Below, piece after piece: positions 1 to 7,721 of a stretch of DNA of 31,620 nt. The translations under genes were made by a program, and so were the position numbers. This stretch comes from Eubacteriaceae bacterium. GTDB lineage: Bacteria; Bacillota; Clostridia; Eubacteriales; Anaerofustaceae. The stretch covers positions 1 through 31,620 of the forward strand of contig JAGACT010000026.1 in assembly GCA_017613995.1 (NCBI GenBank). Reading direction: 5' to 3'. The notes under the pieces are model-generated. The model searched no databases and was not told the origin of the DNA. It saw only the letters and a program-made list of their open reading frames with translations. How positions within the stretch are numbered: the first letter of the stretch is position 1; each line of letters starts with the position of its first letter.

Positions 1-34
1 GGCACATCCCAGTGTGCCATTCCCGATCTTGTAT

Positions 35-283
35 TTACAGGTCTCCTATGTAGGAAGTGATGATCTCCTCCATAAGCTCGTCCCGGTCGAATTTTTTGAT
101 GATGGACCTGGCGTCCTTGTGTGATGTTATGTATGTCGGATCCCCGCTGAGGATATATCCGACGATCTGTCCGACCGGGTCATATCCCTTTTCCCTCAGT
201 GCGTCTGTGACGCTCTTGAGGGCGGCCTTTATGGCCTGCGATCTTTCGTTGTCTATCGAAAACTTCTGAGTTTCACTGACCAT
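35..283 (-). CDS. ireB: IreB/ReoM family regulatory phosphoprotein (UPF0297)
   Basis: 82 aa with the family signature 'ALREKGYDPVGQIVGYILSGDPTYITSHKDAR...DRDELMEE'; N-terminal 'SETQKF' Thr motif; SD AAGGAGG upstream. Confidence 0.93.
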   Translation of the reverse strand: MVSETQKFSIDNERSQAIKAALKSVTDALREKGYDPVGQIVGYILSGDPTYITSHKDARSIIKKFDRDELMEEIITSYIGDL

Positions 284-311
284 GATTTCCCTCCTTATGA
301 TCCTACTTTAG

Positions 312-341
312 AGTTTACCATTAACGACAGGGGTATCGCAA
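312..341 (-). promoter_or_regulatory. sigma-A-like promoter of ireB
   Basis: TTGCGA-18 nt-TAAACT with extended TG on the minus strand. Confidence 0.5.
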
Positions 342-445
342 GAAAAAGCTCATTAAATATACATTATTTTGTTCAGTTCGGGATCTCCTCCCTCAGGGTA
401 TACGGTCCGCAGAAGCCGGACTCCCGGCGAAGGGCAGAAAAAAGT

Positions 446-475
446 ATGCCTTTTTTCCCGTTTAAGTTGTACAAT
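446..475 (+). promoter_or_regulatory. promoter of the methyltransferase, probably leaderless
   Basis: ATGCCT-18 nt-TACAAT, ending 6 nt before ATG 482; no SD. Confidence 0.45.
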
Positions 476-481
476 ATCCCC

Positions 482-1192
482 ATGGAAGACTACGATCCCA
501 TCGCAGGTTATTATTCATACATCGCCCGCAGGACTGATTACGCCAGCTGGTACGGCTATCTGAAGGAACTCAGCGGACTTGGACAGTTAAAGGGGAAGAG
601 CATCCTGGATCTGGGCTGCGGCACGGGACAGCTGCTTTCCTTCTTCTACGCCGAGGGGGCCTTCTGCCAGGGAGTGGATACCTCCTCCGAGATGCTGTCC
701 AGGGCCGACATGAAGCTGTATTCCACCCGTTCCCGGGGAGGAAGCTACGAGCTGGTAAAAAACGACATGGCCCTGTTTTCCCCCAGGGGAAAGAGGGTCT
801 TCGACTTCGCCTACTCCGCCTGTGACAGCGTGAACTACCTTACCAGGCAGGAGCTGGTATCCCTCATCTCGGCCATGAAGACCTACATGGCTCCCGGAAC
901 GGTCTTTGCTTTCGACATAATCAATCCCCTGGGGGATTTCGATACCAGGGAAGTGATCCGCCGTTCGGAGGGGGACATCGTCCTGGAGAGGCATGTGGAA
1001 TCCGGCAGGTTCGTCACCCTTGTATCCTGCGGCGATATCGCCCACAGCTTCGTACAGAACCTGTTTTACGAGGAGGACATCCTGACGATCGCCTCGGAGG
1101 CGGCGGCGGGAGAGCCGGAAGTATTTGATTTTATGTCCCGGGAGAGAAAGGATCCCGCCTGCGACAAGCTGCAGGTGATCCTCCGCTTCTGA
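482..1192 (+). CDS. class I SAM-dependent methyltransferase
   Basis: Motif I 'ILDLGCGTG', 'GVDTSSEML' and 'ACDSVNYL'; start placed at ATG 482 (MEDYDPIAGYY) rather than 446. Confidence 0.88.
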   Translation: MEDYDPIAGYYSYIARRTDYASWYGYLKELSGLGQLKGKSILDLGCGTGQLLSFFYAEGAFCQGVDTSSEMLSRADMKLYSTRSRGGSYELVKNDMALFSPRGKRVFDFAYSACDSVNYLTRQELVSLISAMKTYMAPGTVFAFDIINPLGDFDTREVIRRSEGDIVLERHVESGRFVTLVSCGDIAHSFVQNLFYEEDILTIASEAAAGEPEVFDFMSRERKDPACDKLQVILRF

Positions 1193-1218
1193 GGCGGGAT
1201 AAGCTCTGCCGTGTTACC

Positions 1219-1243
1219 GAAGGATCCGCGGATCCTTCTTTTT
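1219..1243 (+). terminator. intrinsic terminator between convergent genes
   Basis: Perfect 20-bp palindrome GAAGGATCCGCGGATCCTTC followed by a T tract. Confidence 0.7.
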
Positions 1244-1308
1244 ACGGCTTTTTTCAGACCCCTCGAATTCGGGGTTTATAACCGGATATCGGATATATAT
1301 ATTTAAAC

Positions 1309-1704
1309 CTACTTTCTTCGTGCAAATTCCGCGGCTTCGATGATCCACGACAGGAGCTCATCATCTATCTCTTCCGGTGTGCCGATCATCACATGATGCG
1401 TCCAGCGGTTCGGATAGGGCTGTGTCGAAACATCGATACGGGCGGAGTCCTTTTGGTACGGCAGACCGAAGGTGATCGTCAGAAAAGGGTCAGGGCGGTC
1501 TTTCGCAGCTCTCACCGGCGTGAAGGATACCGCGGCGAACATATGCCGGTTGAAGAAGGATATCTGGGTTTTCTTTGCTTCGATCCGCTCAGGCGCAATC
1601 CTTTCAATGACAGCCTCCCGGAATGCCATGTACAGAGGCAGCGCCGCGGGCTTCGCATCAAAGAAGAATATCTCGTCTGAAGACATCGTTTCGTTCATGA
1701 TCAT
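1309..1704 (-). CDS. DUF5655-like protein
   Basis: 'KKTQISF...FAAV...ITFGL...YPNRWTHHV.I...EEIDDELLSWIIEA' pattern; SD AAAGGA. Confidence 0.75.
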   Translation of the reverse strand: MIMNETMSSDEIFFFDAKPAALPLYMAFREAVIERIAPERIEAKKTQISFFNRHMFAAVSFTPVRAAKDRPDPFLTITFGLPYQKDSARIDVSTQPYPNRWTHHVMIGTPEEIDDELLSWIIEAAEFARRK

Positions 1705-1858
1705 TTACGTCCTTTTTACTATTATCGATTTCCCCGATCGACAGCGCATAACGATTATACTATGTCAAATATCCCACCCAATCAATCGTGGAATAGTTTT
1801 TCGCCGAAACCAGCCGCAGAGATACCGATACCGAACTCACAGGCATGAATGGTTTCCC

Positions 1859-1888
1859 TTGACAGGGGATATGGTTTTGAAGTATACT
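1859..1888 (+). promoter_or_regulatory. sigma-A promoter of the MATE-marR operon
   Basis: TTGACA-18 nt-TATACT. Confidence 0.7.
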
Positions 1889-1909
1889 ATTGTTGTAAAA
1901 ATCAACAGT
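1889..1909. promoter_or_regulatory. candidate MarR operator
   Basis: Inverted repeat (AT)TGTTG-N7-CAACA(GT) directly after the -10 element. Confidence 0.5.
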
Positions 1910-1936
1910 TGTTAATTGTAACGGAAGGAGGACACC

Positions 1937-3328
1937 ATGTCGCAAAAGGGGAACAGACGGGCCGAGCGCAGCGAGATGATGCTCAATGGTAATATTAAAA
2001 GGGTCATACTGGCCATGGCGATACCCACCATCGCCGCCCAGCTGGTGAGCGTGTTCTACAACCTGGTGGATACGTACTTCGTCAGCACCATTGGCACCAG
2101 CGCCACCGCGGCGGTGGGCGTGAACCACTCCCTGGAGCGGACCATCACCATGATCGGCTCCTTCATCGGCACCGGAGCGGGAAGCCTTCTGGCCCGCAGC
2201 CTGGGGCAGATGGATAAGGAAAAGGCGGACAGGGTCCTGTCCACGGCGGTCTTTACCGGCATGGGAGCGGGACTTCTGATCTCCCTGGGAGGCCTTGCCA
2301 TGGGGGAGAACCTGGTGAGGTCCCTAGGAGCCAACGACGACTGCGTCATATACGCCATGCAGTACGCCCGCTACGTGCTGATCGCCGCGCCTTTCATGAT
2401 CGGCAGCCTGATACTGAATTCCTGCCTTAAGAGCGAGGGCAGCGCCACCATTGCCATGATCGGCATCACCTTCGGCAGCGTCCTGAACTGCTTTCTGGAT
2501 CCCCTGTTCATCCGCACCTTCGGCCTGGGGGTGACGGGGGCTTCCATCGCCACCGCTGTCTCCAAGACTGTCAGCTTCTCGATACTTCTGTACATGTACG
2601 TTTCGAAGAAGAGCGCCGCGGCCCTGGCCCTGAGAAAGGTGCGCTACGTTTGGGCAGAAATCTTCGACATTTCCAAGATAGGTTCCACGGCCCTTTTCCG
2701 CACCCTGTGCATGCTTATCGGAAACATCATCATAAACCGCACCGCCGGTGCCTACAGCACCTCCGCCCTGGCGGCCATGAGCGTGACCTCCAGGATAATG
2801 GAATTCCCGTTCCACATCGTGCTGGGCTTCGGCATGGGCTACCAGCCCGTGGCGGGCTACAACTGGGGCGCCCGGCAGTACTCCAGGGTCCGGGAGGGCC
2901 TGCGCTACGCCACCGTGGTGTCCATCATAGGCGGCATAGGCCTGGCGGCTTTCTTCATCCTGCTCAGAAATCCCCTCATAACCGTGTTTAACCGCTCCGC
3001 CGATCCGGAGGTGGCAAGGCTGTGCAGTCTGGCCATAACCCTGCAGTGCCTGGTGCTGCCGGCCCATACCTTCGTGTCCGCCAACAACATGTTCTACGCG
3101 GGCATAGGAAAGGCCCTGCCGGCCCTGGCCCTCAGCATAGCCAGACAGGGCTATACCCTCTACCCGATGCTCTTCGTGCTTCCAAGACTCTTCGGAGTCG
3201 ACGGCCTGGCGGCGGCCCAGGCGGCGGCGGACCTTCTGTCCCTGGTGGTCTCCATACCCCTGGCGATCCATGCCCACGCCCTGATCAACGCCGCGGAAAA
3301 AGCGTATGAGGCGGAGACGGCGAGATGA
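1937..3328 (+). CDS. MATE family efflux transporter
   Basis: 463 aa, about 12 hydrophobic segments, 'YNLVDTYFVS', 'LNCFLDPLFI..FGLGVTGASIAT', 'GYNWGA'; SD GGAGG. Confidence 0.93.
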   Translation: MSQKGNRRAERSEMMLNGNIKRVILAMAIPTIAAQLVSVFYNLVDTYFVSTIGTSATAAVGVNHSLERTITMIGSFIGTGAGSLLARSLGQMDKEKADRVLSTAVFTGMGAGLLISLGGLAMGENLVRSLGANDDCVIYAMQYARYVLIAAPFMIGSLILNSCLKSEGSATIAMIGITFGSVLNCFLDPLFIRTFGLGVTGASIATAVSKTVSFSILLYMYVSKKSAAALALRKVRYVWAEIFDISKIGSTALFRTLCMLIGNIIINRTAGAYSTSALAAMSVTSRIMEFPFHIVLGFGMGYQPVAGYNWGARQYSRVREGLRYATVVSIIGGIGLAAFFILLRNPLITVFNRSADPEVARLCSLAITLQCLVLPAHTFVSANNMFYAGIGKALPALALSIARQGYTLYPMLFVLPRLFGVDGLAAAQAAADLLSLVVSIPLAIHAHALINAAEKAYEAETAR

Positions 3329-3765
3329 GAAAGAAACTTCTGATACCCTTTTACCGCACAGCCAGGATAAGGCACCTGTACCTTAAAAAACGCATGAAGG
3401 AGATGGGCCTTTCGGGAAATATGAACATGATCCTCCTGAAGCTCTCCGAGCGGGAGGCCTGCAGCCAGGATGAGCTCTGCGGCGAGGTGCTGGCGGACAA
3501 GGCATCCGTCAGCAGGGACTGCGCGGGACTGGAGAAAACGGGCCTGATAGAAACGAAGACCGATCCCGAAAACAGGAGGAAGAGCCTGGTGAGCCTGACA
3601 GACAAAGGTGAGCAGGCTGCGGCAGAGATCAGGAGGGTGAACGAGACGATAGCGGCAGTGCTCCTTCGCGGCCTCTCTGAAGAGGACAGGATCTCCCTTA
3701 CCCGCTGTCTCGACGTGATGGAAGCCAACGCCGCCGGTCTCTGGGCGGAACTGGAGCGAAAATGA
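3325..3765 (+). CDS. MarR family transcriptional regulator
   Basis: 146 aa winged HTH 'SQDELC...DKASVSR...LEKTGLI..DPENRRKSLVSLTDKG'; ATGA overlap with the MATE stop. Confidence 0.9.
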   Translation: MRKKLLIPFYRTARIRHLYLKKRMKEMGLSGNMNMILLKLSEREACSQDELCGEVLADKASVSRDCAGLEKTGLIETKTDPENRRKSLVSLTDKGEQAAAEIRRVNETIAAVLLRGLSEEDRISLTRCLDVMEANAAGLWAELERK

Positions 3766-3800
3766 TGCGAAGGAAAAAATAATAATATTTGAAAAGAATA

Positions 3801-3829
3801 TTGCTAAAAGGGAAACGATACTGTATAAT
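3801..3829 (+). promoter_or_regulatory. promoter of tRNA array 1
   Basis: TTGCTA-17 nt-TATAAT with an AT-rich upstream element. Confidence 0.8.
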
Positions 3830-3851
3830 AGTCAAGTCGCATGGATCTTGC

Positions 3852-3927
3852 GGTCGCTTAGCTCAGCTGGGAGAGCACCTGCCTTACAAGCAGGGGGTCA
3901 CAGGTTCGAGCCCTGTAGCGACCACCA
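3852..3927 (+). tRNA. tRNA-Val(TAC)
   Basis: 76-nt cloverleaf, loop CTTACAA, encoded CCA. Confidence 0.97.
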
Positions 3928-3938
3928 TAAGTCTGTAT

Positions 3939-4015
3939 GGCCCGGTAGTTCAGTTGGTTAGAATGCCAGCCTGTCACGCTGGAGGTCACGGGTTCGAGCC
4001 CCGTCCGGGTCGCCA
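3939..4015 (+). tRNA. tRNA-Asp(GTC)
   Basis: 77-nt cloverleaf, loop CTGTCAC, CCA. Confidence 0.97.
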
Positions 4016-4021
4016 TTTTAT

Positions 4022-4097
4022 GCCTAGGTAGCTCAGCTGGTAGAGCAATGGACTGAAAATCCATGTGTCGCTGGTTCGACTCCGGCCCTAGGCACCA
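4022..4097 (+). tRNA. tRNA-Phe(GAA)
   Basis: 76-nt cloverleaf, loop CTGAAAA, CCA. Confidence 0.97.
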
Positions 4098-4106
4098 TAT
4101 GTACGA

Positions 4107-4181
4107 GCGAAAGTGGCTCAGTGGTAGAGCATCGCCTTGCCAAGGCGAGGGTCGCGGGTTCAAATCCCGTCTTTCGCTCCA
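4107..4181 (+). tRNA. tRNA-Gly(GCC)
   Basis: 75-nt cloverleaf, loop TTGCCAA, CCA. Confidence 0.97.
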
Positions 4182-4197
4182 TTTTTTTACGCAAAAC

Positions 4198-4271
4198 GGC
4201 GGCATGGCCAAGAGGTAAGGCAAAGGTCTGCAACACCTATATCCCCAGTTCGAGTCTGGGTGTCGCCTCCA
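4198..4271 (+). tRNA. tRNA-Cys(GCA)
   Basis: 74-nt cloverleaf, loop CTGCAAC, T discriminator; A27-A43 mismatch at the top of the anticodon stem, shared with copy 2. Confidence 0.95.
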
Positions 4272-4281
4272 GAAAGATTTC

Positions 4282-4310
4282 CCGGACTGAAGAGTCCGGT
4301 TTTTTTATTT
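4282..4310 (+). terminator. terminator of tRNA array 1
   Basis: CCGGACT-GAAG-AGTCCGG followed by T7. Confidence 0.85.
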
Positions 4311-4333
4311 CTTTGTTTCTCCAGGAGGACGTT

Positions 4334-5077
4334 ATGGAAACAATCGATACGAAACAGTTCACGGCCGTAAGGGACGGCCTGACGATCCGGGGACGGATCT
4401 TCGGAGGCGAAGGGCCCGTGATAATAATGAGCCACGGCTTTCTCGCGGACCAGCGCGCCTGCGAAGCCTACGCCCTGGCGGCGGCGGGCTGGGGATATAC
4501 GGCGGTAAGCTATGATTTCTGCGGCGGGGGACCTAACAGTTCCTCCGACGGCCTCAGCGAGGACATGACCGTACTTACGGAGGTAAGAGATCTCGAAGCC
4601 GTGATCGGATACGTGAAAAGTTCCTTCCCCGGAAGGAAGATCGTGCTCATGGGACAGAGCCAGGGAGGCTTCGTCTCCGCTCTGACGGCGGCGAAAAGGG
4701 ACGACATCTCTTCGCTGATCCTGCTGTATCCCGCCCTGTGCATACCGGACGATTCCATGAAGGGGGACATGCTGATCTACCGCTTCGATCCAAAGAACAT
4801 CCCCGATATCATCGGAGAGATGCCCATGAGGCTCGGCGGGGAATACGCCCGCTGCATGCAGGGCTTCGACTGGGAAGGCGCCATATCCCTCTATAGGGGA
4901 AGGGTGCTTCTGATCCACGGCACCGCCGATAATATCGTCAGCATCAGCTACTCCAAAAGGGCAGCGGAGCTTTACGAAAACGCTTCCCTCAAAGAGATCC
5001 GGGGAGCGTCCCACGGCTTCGAAGGAGCCGATCTCGAATACGTGCTGGGGCTCATAAGGGAGTTCCTCGAATCCTGA
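4334..5077 (+). CDS. alpha/beta hydrolase, cinnamoyl/feruloyl esterase-like
   Basis: 247 aa; HGF oxyanion loop, GQSQGG nucleophile, 'IHGTADNIVS' Asp, 'GASHGF' His; 'RDGL', 'MTVLTE', 'IPD' and 'LGGEY' recall Lactobacillus/Butyrivibrio cinnamoyl esterases; SD AGGAGG. Confidence 0.85.
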   Translation: METIDTKQFTAVRDGLTIRGRIFGGEGPVIIMSHGFLADQRACEAYALAAAGWGYTAVSYDFCGGGPNSSSDGLSEDMTVLTEVRDLEAVIGYVKSSFPGRKIVLMGQSQGGFVSALTAAKRDDISSLILLYPALCIPDDSMKGDMLIYRFDPKNIPDIIGEMPMRLGGEYARCMQGFDWEGAISLYRGRVLLIHGTADNIVSISYSKRAAELYENASLKEIRGASHGFEGADLEYVLGLIREFLES

Positions 5078-5078
5078 G

Positions 5079-5102
5079 ACCGGGTACCGATCGGGTCCCG
5101 GT
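5079..5102. repeat. imperfect 24-bp palindrome after the esterase stop
   Basis: ACCGGG-TA-CCGATCGG-GT-CCCGGT, no T tract. Confidence 0.5.
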
Positions 5103-5118
5103 CCGATACACGGCACGG

Positions 5119-5156
5119 ATACGGATATGGACATCCGTATGCCGGTATGATACAAT
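5119..5156 (+). promoter_or_regulatory. promoter with an inverted repeat over the -35
   Basis: TGGACA(5128)-17 nt-TACAAT(5151) with extended TG; ATACGGAT-N6-ATCCGTAT at 5119-5140. Confidence 0.6.
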
Positions 5157-5177
5157 TGTCTTACGGAGGTGAATCAT

Positions 5178-5522
5178 ATGCTGGATGTTAGATTTCATGT
5201 GTGTCCGAAATGCGGAAACGTTATAGTATCCACCGGCAATGCGGAGGTGAGATGCTGCGGAAATATCCTGCCCGCCCTTCACGCGGAACAGGGCCAGGGC
5301 ATGAGGATGGCGCCGGTAAACGGCGAATACGTCATATCCGTGGGAAGGCACCCGATGACGAAGGACCATTACTTCGCTTTCTATGCCGCGGTCTCGGATG
5401 ACGGAGTGCAGCTCGTGAGGCTCTTTCCCGGAGGGAAGACGGAAGCCCGCTTCAGGGCCGAAGGTGTGAAAAGGATATATATGTACTGCACGGTGCACGG
5501 CCTGTATTACAGCGACAAATGA
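5178..5522 (+). CDS. desulfoferrodoxin-like small metalloprotein
   Basis: 114 aa; CPKCGN...CCG desulforedoxin motif, HPMTKDHY and CTVHG; SD GGAGGT 7 nt before ATG 5178. Confidence 0.8.
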   Translation: MLDVRFHVCPKCGNVIVSTGNAEVRCCGNILPALHAEQGQGMRMAPVNGEYVISVGRHPMTKDHYFAFYAAVSDDGVQLVRLFPGGKTEARFRAEGVKRIYMYCTVHGLYYSDK

Positions 5523-5677
5523 TCAGAAGATACTGAGGCTGTCCCGTGCCGGTTCTTTGCCGGCATGCGCTCAGCTTTTGGTTCACTGACTGATCAGGCA
5601 TTATGACACAGCTTTTTACGGCGCGGGCGGGAAATACACTATACAGGCTCCGCGGGCAAAATTTTACCCGTCTTTTA

Positions 5678-5706
5678 TTGACATCACTTCAGTATTTATA
5701 TATAAT
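5678..5706 (+). promoter_or_regulatory. promoter of tRNA array 2
   Basis: Perfect TTGACA-17 nt-TATAAT. Confidence 0.9.
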
Positions 5707-5729
5707 GATTAAGCCTTTTGAAAAGGAAG

Positions 5730-5805
5730 GGTCGCTTAGCTCAGCTGGGAGAGCACCTGCCTTACAAGCCGGGGGTCACAGGTTCGAGCCCTGTAGCGAC
5801 CACCA
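5730..5805 (+). tRNA. tRNA-Val(TAC), variant copy
   Basis: Identical to 3852-3927 except A>C at 5770, giving a T-C mismatch in the anticodon stem. Confidence 0.92.
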
Positions 5806-5814
5806 TGACTTCAT

Positions 5815-5891
5815 GGCCCGGTAGTTCAGTTGGTTAGAATGCCAGCCTGTCACGCTGGAGGTCACGGGTTCGAGCCCCGTCCGGGTCGCCA
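5815..5891 (+). tRNA. tRNA-Asp(GTC)
   Basis: Identical to copy 1. Confidence 0.97.
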
Positions 5892-5896
5892 TTTAC

Positions 5897-5972
5897 GCCT
5901 AGGTAGCTCAGCTGGTAGAGCAATGGACTGAAAATCCATGTGTCGCTGGTTCGACTCCGGCCCTAGGCACCA
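5897..5972 (+). tRNA. tRNA-Phe(GAA)
   Basis: Identical to copy 1. Confidence 0.97.
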
Positions 5973-5979
5973 TCAGCGA

Positions 5980-6054
5980 GCGAAAGTGGCTCAGTGGTAG
6001 AGCATCGCCTTGCCAAGGCGAGGGTCGCGGGTTCAAATCCCGTCTTTCGCTCCA
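5980..6054 (+). tRNA. tRNA-Gly(GCC)
   Basis: Identical to copy 1. Confidence 0.97.
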
Positions 6055-6070
6055 TTTTTTCAGTTGTGAA

Positions 6071-6144
6071 GGCGGCATGGCCAAGAGGTAAGGCAAAGGT
6101 CTGCAACACCTATATCCCCAGTTCGAGTCTGGGTGTCGCCTCCA
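6071..6144 (+). tRNA. tRNA-Cys(GCA)
   Basis: Identical to copy 1. Confidence 0.95.
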
Positions 6145-6149
6145 TATAT

Positions 6150-6237
6150 GCCGATGTGGCGGAACAGGCAGACGCACAGGACTTAAAATCCTGCGGTTGA
6201 ATAAACCATACCGGTTCGATCCCGGTCATCGGCACCA
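6150..6237 (+). tRNA. tRNA-Leu(TAA)
   Basis: 88 nt with a long variable arm, loop CTTAAAA, CCA; present only in array 2. Confidence 0.96.
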
Positions 6238-6296
6238 TCCTAAAGACGGATATTCTTTTTTTTTTTTCGAAAACACTCTTCGCAGGAGGTTGCTCG

Positions 6297-7652
6297 ATGT
6301 CTCAGAAGGATTCAGGCAACAAGCTGGGCACCATGCCGGAGGGGAAGCTTCTCGCTTCCATGTCACTTCCGATGATGGCGTCCTTTTTTATTCAGGCATT
6401 ATACAACATAGTCGATTCCATGTTCGTGGCCAGGATCTCGGAGAACGCCCTGACGGCGGTATCCCTGGCCTTTCCCATGCAGCAGATCATGGGCTCCATC
6501 ACCGTGGGCGTGGGAGTGGGCATCAGCGCCCTGGTGCCCCGCTACAGGGGCATGGGGAAAGCCGACACGGCGGATAAGGTCATCCACACCGGCATGTTCA
6601 TAGGCGTGGTGCTCTGCTTGGTGTTCTTCCTTCTGGGCATCTTCGCGGTGGGACCCTTCTACCGCATGCAGACGGACGTGGAGGAGATCGTGACCGGGGG
6701 CATCACTTACCTTCGGATAGTGTGGATGATAGGATTCGGAAGCTTCTTCGGCCAGTACTTCGAGAGACTGCTGACCGCCAGCGGCCACGCGTCCCTGTCC
6801 ATGGCCTCCATGGCCGGCGGCGCCGTTTTCAACATGATCTTCGATCCCATCCTGATCTTCGGCCTGGGACCCTTCCCCCGCATGGGCATCGCAGGAGCGG
6901 CGGTGGCCACCGTATCGGGGCAGATACTTGCTGCGGTGATAGCCCTGGTACTGAACGTAAGAAAGAACGAGTGGGCGCGTCTTAGGGCAAAAAGCATCTT
7001 CGCCCCGTCATGGTCCCTGGGGACGGATATCGTGAAGATAGGCTTCCCCTCCATGGTGACCATGGGCCTTGCGTCTCTGAGTTCGTTTCTCATAAACCAG
7101 GTGCTGCTGGGATATTCCACCACGGCCACCGCGGTATACGGCATCTGGTCCAAGCTTCTCAACTTCTCCTGCATGCCGGCCTACGGCTTAAACAACGCCA
7201 TGGTGCCCATTTTGTCCTACAACTACGGGGCGGGCTCCCACGACAGAGTCAGAAAGATCCTGCGCTACGCCCTGGGATTCATCGTGGTTTACATGGCTAT
7301 GCTCACCGCCGTCTTCGAAGCGGTGCCCGGTGAGGTCCTCAGGCTCTTCTCCGCATCGGATCACATGCTCTCCATCGGTGTCAGGGCCCTGAGGATAACG
7401 GTGAGCTCCCTCGTGTTCTCCGGCCTCAACGTGGTGCTGGGCAGCGCCATGCAGGCCCTGAACCATTCCAGGGACGCCCTCATCCTGAACATCCTCAAGA
7501 GCTTCATGCTCCTGGCGGGCAGCTTCTGGGTGCTGAGCATGGTCTTCGGCGAGCTGGACATGCTGTGGTTCGCCCTGCCCCTGGCGGAGGGACTCTCCCT
7601 GCTGGTGGCCCTGTTCTTCTACCGCAGGATGGTGGCGGGACTGTATATCTGA
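6297..7652 (+). CDS. MATE family efflux transporter
   Basis: 451 aa; 'LYNIVDSMFVA', 'NMIFDPILIFG..MGIAGAAVAT', 'SYNYGA'; SD GGAGG. Confidence 0.93.
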   Translation: MSQKDSGNKLGTMPEGKLLASMSLPMMASFFIQALYNIVDSMFVARISENALTAVSLAFPMQQIMGSITVGVGVGISALVPRYRGMGKADTADKVIHTGMFIGVVLCLVFFLLGIFAVGPFYRMQTDVEEIVTGGITYLRIVWMIGFGSFFGQYFERLLTASGHASLSMASMAGGAVFNMIFDPILIFGLGPFPRMGIAGAAVATVSGQILAAVIALVLNVRKNEWARLRAKSIFAPSWSLGTDIVKIGFPSMVTMGLASLSSFLINQVLLGYSTTATAVYGIWSKLLNFSCMPAYGLNNAMVPILSYNYGAGSHDRVRKILRYALGFIVVYMAMLTAVFEAVPGEVLRLFSASDHMLSIGVRALRITVSSLVFSGLNVVLGSAMQALNHSRDALILNILKSFMLLAGSFWVLSMVFGELDMLWFALPLAEGLSLLVALFFYRRMVAGLYI

Positions 7653-7693
7653 GATGTATTCGGGGCTGTGGCGGTCTGCCGCGGCCCCTTGTG

Positions 7694-7702
7694 TGATATA
7701 AT
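7694..7702 (+). promoter_or_regulatory. extended -10 promoter of the third MATE
   Basis: TGATATAAT, no clear -35. Confidence 0.45.
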
Positions 7703-7721
7703 TAACAAAAGGAATAAGGAT

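Noticed and set aside
1-34. Start of a gene downstream of ireB
   Set aside because: Too short to identify at the window edge
1754-1768. TTGACA and TATAAT on the minus strand upstream of the DUF5655-like gene
   Set aside because: The hexamers are only 3 nt apart, so they cannot form one promoter
3789-4333. ORFs over tRNA array 1 and the N-terminal extension of the esterase to 4121; likewise 5908-6577 over array 2
   Set aside because: These are translations of tRNA genes; the true starts follow SDs at 4334 and 6297
3852-6237. Integrated element or prophage with att sites at tRNAs
   Set aside because: No integrase; whole arrays with diverged spacers are duplicated, not a short tRNA 3' end
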